Shown here piece by piece: positions 39,023 to 48,158 of a stretch of 64,000 nt of DNA. The stretch's first letter is position 1, and each line of letters starts with the position of its first letter. Position numbers and translations under genes: made by a program. The notes below the pieces were generated by a model. That model made no database searches and was not told where the DNA came from. It saw only the letters and a program-made list of their open reading frames with translations. Origin of the DNA: a bacterium (GTDB lineage Bacteria; Patescibacteriota; Patescibacteriia; HK-STAS-PATE-3); contig JAZDMR010000015.1 of NCBI GenBank assembly GCA_043800725.1, forward strand, positions 68,065 to 132,064, in the 5' to 3' direction.

Positions 39023-40363
39023 TCATTCACGAATATTTAAAATTGACAATCGGCGTTGATCTGAAGGTCCCTGCCCGATGAGCAGACTTTTTTTATTGCT
39101 AAATACCTTATAAACTATCGGATCGATAATATTCGAAAAGCGGTTGGTAACGGTTTGATCGCTCAATAGGGTAATTATTTCTAGATCGTCTGAATTTGCA
39201 ATAATTAAAGTAAATCCGTTAATAAGCCAAGTAACCGCATTAAGACCGTAAATTTTTCGGGTTATCAGCCTATTATTGCCCAGATCGATAGAATAAAGCC
39301 GAAGTTCATTGCCATCACTGGTTAATAAATTATCATCGTTTGACCAGGAAATAAAAATTGTTGGGTCTGGAAGATTAATAGTGACCAGCTCATTATTCTG
39401 GCTGTGCCTAATCAGGGAGGTTGCTTTATTTGTTAGGTCATTTATCGCTAGCCAGTTGTTATGGGCGGGTAAAAATTGGTAATTTGTGCCGGGAAAGTTT
39501 TTTAATATTTCCAGATTATTGCTTGTTTGATCAAACCAGATTAGGTCTGTTGTCTGGCCTGAGGTTGAGAGAAAGTATCCACCCGATTTGTTAGGCTGGT
39601 ATTGATAAGCTTTTGCAGAGAATAAGAACCGAGATTTCTGAGAAAAAAGATCAATCTGATAAAGAGCAGTCGGGCTGGCACCTAGTAAAAGATCATCAGA
39701 ATCATTGCTCCACCATAGGTGAGTTAATGGATCAGGAATAAAATTTGACAGGAACACATATTGGCCTTGACGGTCTATTATCCTGAATCTTTTTTGAGAG
39801 GGCGACTCAAGCAATAAATACTTACTGTTTGGGGACCAGCTAAGAATAATATCATCGGTAAATTCGGGTAAGTGAAATTTTTCGCTTGAATTGTTTTTTG
39901 TATTAAGTATTTCTAAAAAGTTTTGTGAATTTTCTTGTAATACCGCTGCAAAAAAAACAGCTTGCTTATCGGGTATTAGTAAAATCGGACTGCCCTGCCA
40001 AAGATCCTTAAAAATCAGCTGTTCTTTCATTAAAGGTATATTGCTGAAGTTAACAGACTGTTTGGATTTTATTTGGAAGCTTGCCGACCAATCCTGATAA
40101 TCATCCCTGGATAAGGTTACTGAGTAGTCTCCGGGCTTAAGATTACTAAAACTGGCAGGTGTTATTTCTTTAGTTGGTAGTCCGTTTAAACTGATTTCTG
40201 CCCCTTTGGGACTGCTAGAAATCACAAATACTCCTGTTTGATAGAAAGACTGGTCATGAAAGCTGAATCGATAGCCGATTATGTAAAATATTATAATTGG
40301 CGCGCCAATTAAAAAAAGACCGACAGTTATAATAAAGTAAATTGTTCTGATTCTACGGGTCAT
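39023..40363 (-). CDS. membrane-anchored PEGA-domain / beta-propeller-like protein (hypothetical)
   Basis: N-terminal TM, then a PEGA-like segment (SPKGAEISLNG...KPGDYSVTLSRDDYQDW), then repeated WS/SW-containing blades. Confidence 0.45.
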   Translation of the reverse strand: MTRRIRTIYFIITVGLFLIGAPIIIFYIIGYRFSFHDQSFYQTGVFVISSSPKGAEISLNGLPTKEITPASFSNLKPGDYSVTLSRDDYQDWSASFQIKSKQSVNFSNIPLMKEQLIFKDLWQGSPILLIPDKQAVFFAAVLQENSQNFLEILNTKNNSSEKFHLPEFTDDIILSWSPNSKYLLLESPSQKRFRIIDRQGQYVFLSNFIPDPLTHLWWSNDSDDLLLGASPTALYQIDLFSQKSRFLFSAKAYQYQPNKSGGYFLSTSGQTTDLIWFDQTSNNLEILKNFPGTNYQFLPAHNNWLAINDLTNKATSLIRHSQNNELVTINLPDPTIFISWSNDDNLLTSDGNELRLYSIDLGNNRLITRKIYGLNAVTWLINGFTLIIANSDDLEIITLLSDQTVTNRFSNIIDPIVYKVFSNKKSLLIGQGPSDQRRLSILNIRE

Positions 40364-40364
40364 T

Positions 40365-40393
40365 TTGACTGCTTGGACTGATTACGGTATGGT
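40365..40393 (+). promoter_or_regulatory. putative sigma70-like promoter (TTGACT-N17-TATGGT) upstream of murA, containing palindrome cggtatGGTGataccg
   Basis: The hexamers and spacing are read directly from the sequence. No experimental support. Confidence 0.2.
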
Positions 40394-40443
40394 GATACCG
40401 AACGTTAAAATAGTTTAGCATTACCTAATATTCATTTCCAGCT

Positions 40444-41700
40444 ATGAAATTCACAATAGACGGACAACACCCTCTTTCAGGAGAAATTGAAGTAAATGGA
40501 GCGAAAAACGCCGCTTTAAAATTCATGGCCGCTAGTTTGCTAAGCAAAGAGCCTTGGACGCTAAAAAACGTGCCTGAAATTCAAGACGTGAAAATGATGC
40601 TTGAGTTATTGAAAGAGCTGGGAGTTGAGATTATCCATGATCAGCCCCATGTTTACACGCTAAATGCTAAAGATGTCAAGACCTCGGCTCTGCCAGAGGA
40701 GATGTCAGCCAAGCTGAGAGCATCAATCCTTTGCGTAGGGCCCTTGCTAGCTAGATTTGGTGAAGCAATTTTTTCTTATCCCGGAGGATGCATTTTAGGC
40801 AAGCGCCCGATTGACCTTTTTTTGGACAGCTATCAGGCTTTGGGTGCGGAATATCATGAGCACAATAATAAATTCACCGTAAAAGCTAAAAAAGGATTGT
40901 CCGGTAATAAGTTTATTTTTCCCTGGATTTCACATACGGTCACTGAAAGCTTGATTTTAACAGCGGCATTGTCACAGGGTAAAACAACAATAATTAATGC
41001 GGCCATGGAACCCGAGGTTGAATCTTTATGCCAATGGCTGAATTCTTTGGGCGCCAAAATCAGCAACGGGGGACACCATACAGTTGTTATCGAGGGAGTG
41101 GACAGTATTGGTGGAGGTGAAACAGAGATTATTCCCGATCGGATAGAGACGGGGACTTTTGCTGTATTAGGCAGCTTGGCTTCTGAGAGCCTAGTTATTA
41201 GGAAATGCCAGCCAAAACACCTAGAAGTCTTTTGGGAGCTCTTGAAGCGCGCAGGAGGAGAGGTAAAAGTAACAGATGATATAGTAGTCGTAAAAAGAGC
41301 AAAAACGCTTAAGGCATTAGAATTAAGGACTAGGGAGTATCCAGGATTTGCCACTGATCTTCAAGCTCCTTTTACAGTATTGTTAACACAGGCAAAAGGC
41401 CTAAGCCTGGTTCATGAGGTGATCTACGAAGGTAGGCTATTTTATACTGATACTTTGAATAAAATGGGCGCCAAAATAATCATGGCTGACCCGCATCGAG
41501 TGGTTATTGAAGGGCCTACGCCATTAGTCGGTAAAAAAATGGAATCTCCTGACATACGCGCTGGAATCGCCTTGGTTATTGCCGCTATAATTGCCCAGGG
41601 AACAAGCGTGATTGAAAATGCCAGCCAGATAGACCGCGGCTATGAAAAAATAGATGATCGGTTAAAATCTTTGGGGGCAAAAATACACAGAGATGACTAA
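40444..41700 (+). CDS. murA: UDP-N-acetylglucosamine 1-carboxyvinyltransferase
   Basis: N-terminal ...INGAKNAAL..., active-site Cys loop region, 418 aa. Confidence 0.9.
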   Translation: MKFTIDGQHPLSGEIEVNGAKNAALKFMAASLLSKEPWTLKNVPEIQDVKMMLELLKELGVEIIHDQPHVYTLNAKDVKTSALPEEMSAKLRASILCVGPLLARFGEAIFSYPGGCILGKRPIDLFLDSYQALGAEYHEHNNKFTVKAKKGLSGNKFIFPWISHTVTESLILTAALSQGKTTIINAAMEPEVESLCQWLNSLGAKISNGGHHTVVIEGVDSIGGGETEIIPDRIETGTFAVLGSLASESLVIRKCQPKHLEVFWELLKRAGGEVKVTDDIVVVKRAKTLKALELRTREYPGFATDLQAPFTVLLTQAKGLSLVHEVIYEGRLFYTDTLNKMGAKIIMADPHRVVIEGPTPLVGKKMESPDIRAGIALVIAAIIAQGTSVIENASQIDRGYEKIDDRLKSLGAKIHRDD

Positions 41701-42940
41701 TCCGGAAGAAGACTTAAATAAAAAGACTCCTGTTCGCCAGCCCGTCGTCAGAAGGTCTATCGGAATTTTATTAGTATTCATTGCCGGATTTTGGTTGGGC
41801 TCTTTTTTTAATCAAGCTACCGGACAAAGATCAAACTCTCTGGTTGAGACAATCTCACGACTTGCCGGCCAGTCCTCAGAGCTGGATGTTTTTGAAAAAG
41901 TATGGAATTCCATAAAGCAGGATTATGCTTATCAGCCAGTTGAAAACGCACAGTTAATCGAAGGAGCGATTGCCGGGATGGTTAATAATCTGGATGACCC
42001 TTATAGTATTTATTTAAACAAGCAGAGCACTCAAGAATTTTTAAACGAAATTCAGGGAAATTTTGAGGGTATTGGAGCTGAGGTAGGCATAAAAAATGGC
42101 CAGCTAGTAATAATTGCGCCCTTGTCAGACTCTCCTGCTGAACAAGCCGGGTTAAAAGCCGGTGATGCTATTTTAGAAATTGACGGCCAAATTGCACAAT
42201 ATTTGACACTTGATCAGGCTGTTGATCTATTGCGAGGCGCTAAGGAAACAAAAGTTGAAATTTTGGCAAAGCAGGGCGAACAAGAATCCAGGCTGGTTAC
42301 CGTAACTCGCCAAGAAATTAAAGTTGACAGCACTAAAATGGAACGACGTGATTTGCCTGAACCAGATCAAGGTGAATATATTTATATAAAAATATCTAAT
42401 TTCAGTGAAAAAACCGCTGATGAAATACAAGCCTTTATTAACGAGATAGTGCTTGAGACGCCTAGAGGAGTTGTTCTGGATCTACGTAATAATCCAGGGG
42501 GATATTTGCAATCAGCCATTGATGTATCCAGTTTATTCTTGGAGGACAATGAGATAATTCTTTATGAAGAAAGAGGCGACGAGCGAGTGGCCTATCGGGC
42601 TGATGGAAGACATGAATTAAGCCAGTACGCGATGGCAATATTAGTAAATAACGGAACTGCTTCAGCTGCAGAAATTGTTGCCGGCGCTCTGCATGATAAT
42701 CATCAAGCAATAATAGTCGGACAGACTACTTTTGGCAAAGGCACTGTTCAGGATTTTATTGAATTAAATAACGGGGCGAGCTTTAAATTGACTGTTGCCA
42801 AATGGTTAACCCCCGATGAAATATCTATTAGCGAGCAGGGGATTAGTCCTGATATCGAAGTAGTCAATACTGCGGATGATTATAACAATGACCGCGATCC
42901 TCAGCTAGATGAAGCAATCAAGCGCCTTCTTGAACAATAA
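41693..42940 (+). CDS. S41 carboxyl-terminal processing peptidase with PDZ domain
   Basis: PDZ segment GLKAGDAILEIDGQ and catalytic region LVNNGTASAAEIVAGAL...FGKGTVQ. Confidence 0.8.
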   Translation: MTNPEEDLNKKTPVRQPVVRRSIGILLVFIAGFWLGSFFNQATGQRSNSLVETISRLAGQSSELDVFEKVWNSIKQDYAYQPVENAQLIEGAIAGMVNNLDDPYSIYLNKQSTQEFLNEIQGNFEGIGAEVGIKNGQLVIIAPLSDSPAEQAGLKAGDAILEIDGQIAQYLTLDQAVDLLRGAKETKVEILAKQGEQESRLVTVTRQEIKVDSTKMERRDLPEPDQGEYIYIKISNFSEKTADEIQAFINEIVLETPRGVVLDLRNNPGGYLQSAIDVSSLFLEDNEIILYEERGDERVAYRADGRHELSQYAMAILVNNGTASAAEIVAGALHDNHQAIIVGQTTFGKGTVQDFIELNNGASFKLTVAKWLTPDEISISEQGISPDIEVVNTADDYNNDRDPQLDEAIKRLLEQ

Positions 42941-42944
42941 AGGT

Positions 42945-43235
42945 ATGGCTGAAAAAAATAATGAGACAGTGGAATTAAGGCTTGAAGGGAAAGTTCAAGG
43001 TGTTTTATTGAGAGAAAGCTTAAAAACTAAGGCTAAATCGTTAAAAATAACAGGCTTAGTAAGAAATCAAATTGATGGAAGTGTGAAGTTAATAGTCCAA
43101 GGAAATAAAAACAAGGTGGAAGAGCTGATCAGCTGGCTAAAAAATAAACCGTTATCTTTGGCAGAAATAATAATAAAATTACAAGATAGAATTGATCAGC
43201 CAAAAGAGTTTCACGACTTTCAGATAATATGGTAA
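42945..43235 (+). CDS. acylphosphatase-like protein
   Basis: VELRLEGKVQGVLLRESL...GLVRNQIDGSVKLIVQG fits the acylphosphatase signature. Start placed at ATG 42945 (track start 42909 overlaps upstream gene). Confidence 0.5.
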   Translation: MAEKNNETVELRLEGKVQGVLLRESLKTKAKSLKITGLVRNQIDGSVKLIVQGNKNKVEELISWLKNKPLSLAEIIIKLQDRIDQPKEFHDFQIIW

Positions 43236-43256
43236 AATATTCCAAGTAATTGACTT

Positions 43257-43706
43257 ATGAAAATAATTCTAAAAAGTAAAGTAAATGGCCTGGGCCAGGC
43301 CGGCGAGCTGTGTCGAGTTAAACCAGGATATGCCCGCAATTATCTAATTCCTAAAGGATTGGCCGAAGAGGCAACGGAGGAAAAAATAAAAATCGCCCAA
43401 ATTCTGATTGAGAAAAATAAGAAAACAGATAATAAAAATAAAACTAGCGTTGTACGGTTAATTGATAAATTATCCAATCAAACAATAAAAATTATCTCAT
43501 CCAGTACATCCGAAGGCAAGCTTTATGGCAGTATTGGCATTAAGGAACTTATTTTGGCAATTAAAGATCAACTGGGACTAGAGGTGGGTTCTGGGATTAA
43601 TTTTAATCCAGAAATAATTAAGCATACTGGCACTCACAAAATTGCCTGTTATTATTCTGATAATAAAAAAGTGAAAATTACCCTGATAGTTAAACCTAAG
43701 AATTAA
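43257..43706 (+). CDS. rplI: 50S ribosomal protein L9
   Basis: MKIILKSKVNGLGQAGELCRVKPGYARNYLIPKGLA. Confidence 0.8.
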   Translation: MKIILKSKVNGLGQAGELCRVKPGYARNYLIPKGLAEEATEEKIKIAQILIEKNKKTDNKNKTSVVRLIDKLSNQTIKIISSSTSEGKLYGSIGIKELILAIKDQLGLEVGSGINFNPEIIKHTGTHKIACYYSDNKKVKITLIVKPKN

Positions 43707-45358
43707 TGGCTATTAAATCAGATACAAAGTATATATTTGTAATGGGAGGAGTATTGTCTGGTTTAGGCAAAGGAATTGCCGTATCATCAATAGCTAAACT
43801 ACTGCAGAGCAAGGGTTATCGAGTAACGGCCATGAAAATTGACCCTTATGTTAATGTTGACGCCGGGACTATGAATCCAATCGAGCATGGAGAGGTTTTT
43901 GTTACAGCTGACGGCCTGGAGACTGATCAGGATATTGGTAATTATGAAAGATTTTTAAATACTGAACTGACAAGAATTAATTATATGACCACTGGTCAGG
44001 TTTACCTGTCAGTAATTAAAAAAGAAAGAAATCTTGAATATGGAGGAAAATGCGTCGAAGTAGTACCCCACATACCTGAGGAAGTTATCAGAAGAATCGT
44101 CAAAGTAGGTAACAAGACCAAAGCAAACTTTGTTTTGATAGAAATTGGTGGAACAGTGGGCGAGTATCAAAATTTAATCTTTTTAGAAGCGGCCAGAATG
44201 ATGCATCTGAAAAAGAAAGGCTGTGTTCAGTTTATCTTAGTTAGCTATTTTCCAATACCCTCAAAACTGGGTGAAATGAAGACCAAGCCGACTCAATATG
44301 CTATCAGAACATTGAACTCTGCGGGTATACAGCCGGATTTTATTTTAGGTAGATCTGAACGTCCACTGGATATGCCTCGCCGGGAAACATTGTCGAATAA
44401 TTGTAATATTGATACTAAGGATATTATTTCAGCGCCAGACGTTGATAATATTTATAAAATACCTCTGATATTAGAAAAACAAAAATTAGCCGAAAGGATA
44501 CTTGCCAAATTTGGTATCAAAGCAAAAAAGACTGATTTAAATGAGTGGAATAAGATTGTAAGAACTGCGGAGAAATCACAGAGGAAAGTCAAGATTGCCA
44601 TAGTTGGAAAATATTTTACTACCGGCAATTACACCCTGGTTGACTCGTACATATCAGTAATTGAAGCTGTTAAACATGCTGCTTGGGCCAATAAAGTAAC
44701 CCCTGAGTTTCATTGGGTTGAATCTGAGGCTTATGAGAAGAAAACGTCTCAAATAAAAGAATTATTGGATTATGATGGAATAATTGTGCCTCAAGGATGG
44801 GGATCAAGAGGCTCGGAAGGAAAGATAAAAGCCATCCAATACGCCAGAATTCACAAAATACCTTATTTTGGATTATGTTATGGAATGCAGATGGCTGTTG
44901 TCGAATTCGCTCGCCATGTGGCTGGGCTAAAAAACGCTAATTCACTGGAAATAAATCCGAAAACACCCTATCCAGTAATTCATATTATGCCCGAACAAGA
45001 AAAATATTTACAAAAAAAACAGTATGGAGGAACAATACGGTTAGGCGATTGGCCTTGCAGGTTAGTTAAAGGAACCCGTGTAAGACAGGCATACGGAAAA
45101 CAGCTAGTTCAGGAAAGACATCGCCATAGGTATGAATTCAATCTTCAATACCAGGATAAACTTACCAAGAAAGGTTTAGTGATCTCAGGAACTTCTCCGG
45201 ACAAGAAGCTTATTGAAACTATTGAACTATCTGACCATCCATTTTTTATGGGAACTCAATTTCATCCGGAATATAAATCTTGTCCAGAAAATCCGCATCC
45301 TTTGTTTGTTGCCTTTATTAAGGCTAGCCTTAAACCAAATAAAGTCAGAAATAAATAA
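43706..45358 (+). CDS. pyrG: CTP synthase
   Basis: YIFVMGGVLSGLGKGI...DPYVNVDAGTMNPIEHGEVFVT and the C-terminal glutamine amidotransferase domain (GLCYGMQ). Confidence 0.9.
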   Translation: MAIKSDTKYIFVMGGVLSGLGKGIAVSSIAKLLQSKGYRVTAMKIDPYVNVDAGTMNPIEHGEVFVTADGLETDQDIGNYERFLNTELTRINYMTTGQVYLSVIKKERNLEYGGKCVEVVPHIPEEVIRRIVKVGNKTKANFVLIEIGGTVGEYQNLIFLEAARMMHLKKKGCVQFILVSYFPIPSKLGEMKTKPTQYAIRTLNSAGIQPDFILGRSERPLDMPRRETLSNNCNIDTKDIISAPDVDNIYKIPLILEKQKLAERILAKFGIKAKKTDLNEWNKIVRTAEKSQRKVKIAIVGKYFTTGNYTLVDSYISVIEAVKHAAWANKVTPEFHWVESEAYEKKTSQIKELLDYDGIIVPQGWGSRGSEGKIKAIQYARIHKIPYFGLCYGMQMAVVEFARHVAGLKNANSLEINPKTPYPVIHIMPEQEKYLQKKQYGGTIRLGDWPCRLVKGTRVRQAYGKQLVQERHRHRYEFNLQYQDKLTKKGLVISGTSPDKKLIETIELSDHPFFMGTQFHPEYKSCPENPHPLFVAFIKASLKPNKVRNK

Positions 45359-45380
45359 TTATTCTGCTTATTGGATTATA

Positions 45381-45659
45381 TTATTTTGGTTCTACCGAAA
45401 CAAATTTACGAGTTATTAGGTTGTTGTCGAAATGCCTAATTTTTTTCGCGTGATATCTAACCTTTCCGCTGATTAAAGCAAAGAGGGTATCATCATTTCC
45501 GCGGCGAACATTTTTGCCTGGACGAAACTTGGTTCCCCGCTGACGAATTATTACTTCACCAGCAGACACCAGCTGACCGCCATAGCGCTTAATACCTAGC
45601 CTTTGACCGGTAGAGTCTCGTCCTAGGGAGGTTGAACCTCCTGATTTTGTATGGGCCAT
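45381..45659 (-). CDS. rpmA: 50S ribosomal protein L27
   Basis: [36 protein letters not shown]. Confidence 0.85.
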   Translation of the reverse strand: MAHTKSGGSTSLGRDSTGQRLGIKRYGGQLVSAGEVIIRQRGTKFRPGKNVRRGNDDTLFALISGKVRYHAKKIRHFDNNLITRKFVSVEPK

Positions 45660-45719
45660 ATTCTATATTAATTTCAAATTCTGGATTACTCTAACATTAG
45701 AAGTTAATCCAGTCAAGAA

Positions 45720-46010
45720 TTATTTAATAATTATATCAGAATTAAAGATATTTTGAAGTTGATTAGGCTTTGAACGTGATTGCCAGGAACGTTCTTTAGT
45801 AACTAATTCCTCATATTCTTTGGTTAATATCTGTATTTGACTTCTCTGAGTTACCGCAGGATCAAGTTCTGGCGGACTGATTATCACTCGGTACCAATTA
45901 TTATAAAAAAACACTATAATCAGTAAAATTAGCAAAGCACCTAATATCCAAAAAATACATTTTTGTAGCCTCTTTAAAAAAGATAATGACGGGTGATGAA
46001 ATAGCTTCAT
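45720..46010 (-). CDS. small TM plus coiled-coil protein at the distal end of the pilMNO operon (hypothetical, possibly PilP-like)
   Basis: 96 aa with one TM helix. Its start overlaps the stop of the upstream PilO-like gene. Confidence 0.35.
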   Translation of the reverse strand: MKLFHHPSLSFLKRLQKCIFWILGALLILLIIVFFYNNWYRVIISPPELDPAVTQRSQIQILTKEYEELVTKERSWQSRSKPNQLQNIFNSDIIIK

Positions 46011-46555
46011 TCATTGCTCCAAAAGGCCTTACCAATAATATCAAGTGAAACTAGCTCTGATAAATTCGAAGGGCTAGTTTCTCGTGAGGTAGATATTGAA
46101 CGGCTCAGGAAAATTGAGTCTGCTTTTACTGTCCAGGCAAAATTCTCTAGAGCAAAAAAGAATTGTATTGTCTGGGTTAAATATCCCGTAACTCTTAATT
46201 CTAAGTTTCCTTCATTAGAGTTACTTTCTGGCTGATCAAATGTTTTAACATCAAGTTCTACTTTATTTAACGTAGCCAGATCTTCTATCTGAGTGATAAA
46301 ATCTAAAGCTTGCGCGGGATCGATAAGTTTTTCATTTAAAAAAACTATTTTATTCTCCAGTTCTGAACTGCGAGATTTTAAATCGGCTGTTCTCTGGCTT
46401 AATTGTTCAATATCAAATTGAGTTATTCTGTTCTCATCAATAGTTGCTTTTTGCTCTTCAATTTTTTGCCAACTGGGAAAAATAACTAGAGCAATAATAA
46501 TCAGACTTATCAGAAGCGGAGTAAAAGCGATAATTCTTTTTTTCTTAATCTTCAT
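46007..46555 (-). CDS. pilO: type IV pilus assembly protein PilO-like
   Basis: N-terminal TM, coiled coil, C-terminal globular domain. Sits between PilN-like and the operon end. Confidence 0.5.
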   Translation of the reverse strand: MKIKKKRIIAFTPLLISLIIIALVIFPSWQKIEEQKATIDENRITQFDIEQLSQRTADLKSRSSELENKIVFLNEKLIDPAQALDFITQIEDLATLNKVELDVKTFDQPESNSNEGNLELRVTGYLTQTIQFFFALENFAWTVKADSIFLSRSISTSRETSPSNLSELVSLDIIGKAFWSNE

Positions 46556-47112
46556 AAGCCGTTGCTTGTTGAAAAATTCTCAGAAAAAGTCGTTTGAAGA
46601 ATAAAATTGATAGTATCTCTGCTCAATAAATCAGTAATCGGCAAATTTACTTCTGTAAACCAATTTGTTTCCAATAGAGAGTCTTTTAAGGAAAGGTAAC
46701 TAGTTCGATCCTGGGCAATACCGCGAAGCTCAAAGCTGTTCTGATTAGTATCTATTGATATTCTTTCAACGGAAATTCCCCTAGGAATCTTTTGGATTAA
46801 TTCAGCCAGGATATTTGATAAAGGCAATTGTTCGCTGGTAATGGAGTCTATTAACTTGACTTTAGTATTAAATTCTTTAATTTGCGCTTCCAGGGAAGTA
46901 GTTTCCTTGATTGTTTGAGATTGACGTAAATCAGATATTGATTTTTCTAAAAATTGGTTATGTTGAGTCAAGAGCCAGAGATTCAAATATATAATAATTG
47001 CCAGTATTCCAGCGACTATTAAAAAAATAAAAGAATTACTCTGGAGGGCTATTAGTTTTTGCTCCTTAGAAAGTTCTTCTTTATCGCTGGACGGTAAGAA
47101 GTTGAGGGACAT
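46552..47112 (-). CDS. pilN: type IV pilus assembly protein PilN-like
   Basis: N-terminal LNFLP motif, single TM, coiled coil. Confidence 0.55.
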   Translation of the reverse strand: MSLNFLPSSDKEELSKEQKLIALQSNSFIFLIVAGILAIIIYLNLWLLTQHNQFLEKSISDLRQSQTIKETTSLEAQIKEFNTKVKLIDSITSEQLPLSNILAELIQKIPRGISVERISIDTNQNSFELRGIAQDRTSYLSLKDSLLETNWFTEVNLPITDLLSRDTINFILQTTFSENFSTSNGL

Positions 47113-48146
47113 TATTGTCGTAAAGCTAGGCCTAAAGTAGTAGTAAGTGATCTTTGCATGTCATCATCAATTTCCAGAGTATTTTTTATGTTATTGATGG
47201 ATAAAGGTAAGGGCTGATAAACTGGAACTCGTAACTCTTCCGCCAGAGTATCGGCCAGACCGGGCAGGGTACTGCCTCCACCGGTAATTAAGATGCCAGT
47301 AAATCGTTGGAGGGGTACAGGCAGATGATTAATAGCAAATTGTTCAACTACCCCGATCCTTTGTATCAGGCTGTTAAACCTTGGTAAAAGTGTGCGTCGA
47401 ATTTCGCCCTTACCTTGCTTGGGGAGTAAACCAAATAAGCATTTGGCTTTTTCTGCCTGACCGGGTGTAAGATGCAGATGATCGGCAATATGCTGGGTAA
47501 GTGTATTGCCGGAAAAATCAGAAGAGGATGAGGTAAAAAAGATTGTGCCGTTGTTAACGATTAAGACTGTCGTGATGCTGGCGCCAAAATCAATAATCAG
47601 CATGGTTTTATGCTGGAAATCAGGTGAGATTATACCGCGCACCAAAGCGTAAGATTCAGGCTCTAGAGATATTGGAATAAGATCCATACTCTTAATTATT
47701 TTAGTGTAGTCCTCAATAATATTCTTGGGTATCGCCCCGACAGAGATCTGGGTTTTATTTTTATTAGAATTAATAATTTCCCAATCAAATAAAATATCCT
47801 CGATATTAAAAGGGATGTTTTGGAGAGCTTCCATTTGGATTAGGTCGGCGTTATTTTCATCTTTTTTATCCACGCTAATTACTGACATAAAGACATGCGG
47901 TTCAGGTATTGCCAATGAGACGTATTGACTGCGAATCCTCTTACCTTTAGCTGTTTGAATGGCCCTTTTTATACAGGATTGTACTTGATCGGCTCGTTCA
48001 ATAATACCATTTAACACAGAACCTTTAGGAAGACTAATTGAATTATATGAAGTTAGCTCAATAGTCCGACGTCCCTTTTTCATTTGGACAAGGCGTATTG
48101 CTAAATCATCAATTTCTAAAGCAATAAAGTTTTTAAATTTTGACAT
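47112..48146 (-). CDS. pilM: type IV pilus assembly protein PilM (actin-like ATPase fold)
   Basis: 344 aa with a FtsA/PilM-like N-terminus (IALEIDDLAIRLVQ) and GGGS loop ILITGGGSTLPGL. Confidence 0.7.
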   Translation of the reverse strand: MSKFKNFIALEIDDLAIRLVQMKKGRRTIELTSYNSISLPKGSVLNGIIERADQVQSCIKRAIQTAKGKRIRSQYVSLAIPEPHVFMSVISVDKKDENNADLIQMEALQNIPFNIEDILFDWEIINSNKNKTQISVGAIPKNIIEDYTKIIKSMDLIPISLEPESYALVRGIISPDFQHKTMLIIDFGASITTVLIVNNGTIFFTSSSSDFSGNTLTQHIADHLHLTPGQAEKAKCLFGLLPKQGKGEIRRTLLPRFNSLIQRIGVVEQFAINHLPVPLQRFTGILITGGGSTLPGLADTLAEELRVPVYQPLPLSINNIKNTLEIDDDMQRSLTTTLGLALRQ

Positions 48147-48158
48147 TTTTATATTAGC

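Noticed and set aside
40854-41354. Long antisense ORFs inside murA (40854..41354), mraY (58342..58767) and pilin genes (52176..52434)
   Set aside because: They sit opposite strongly supported conserved genes and show no independent sequence signatures. These are typical spurious ORFs.
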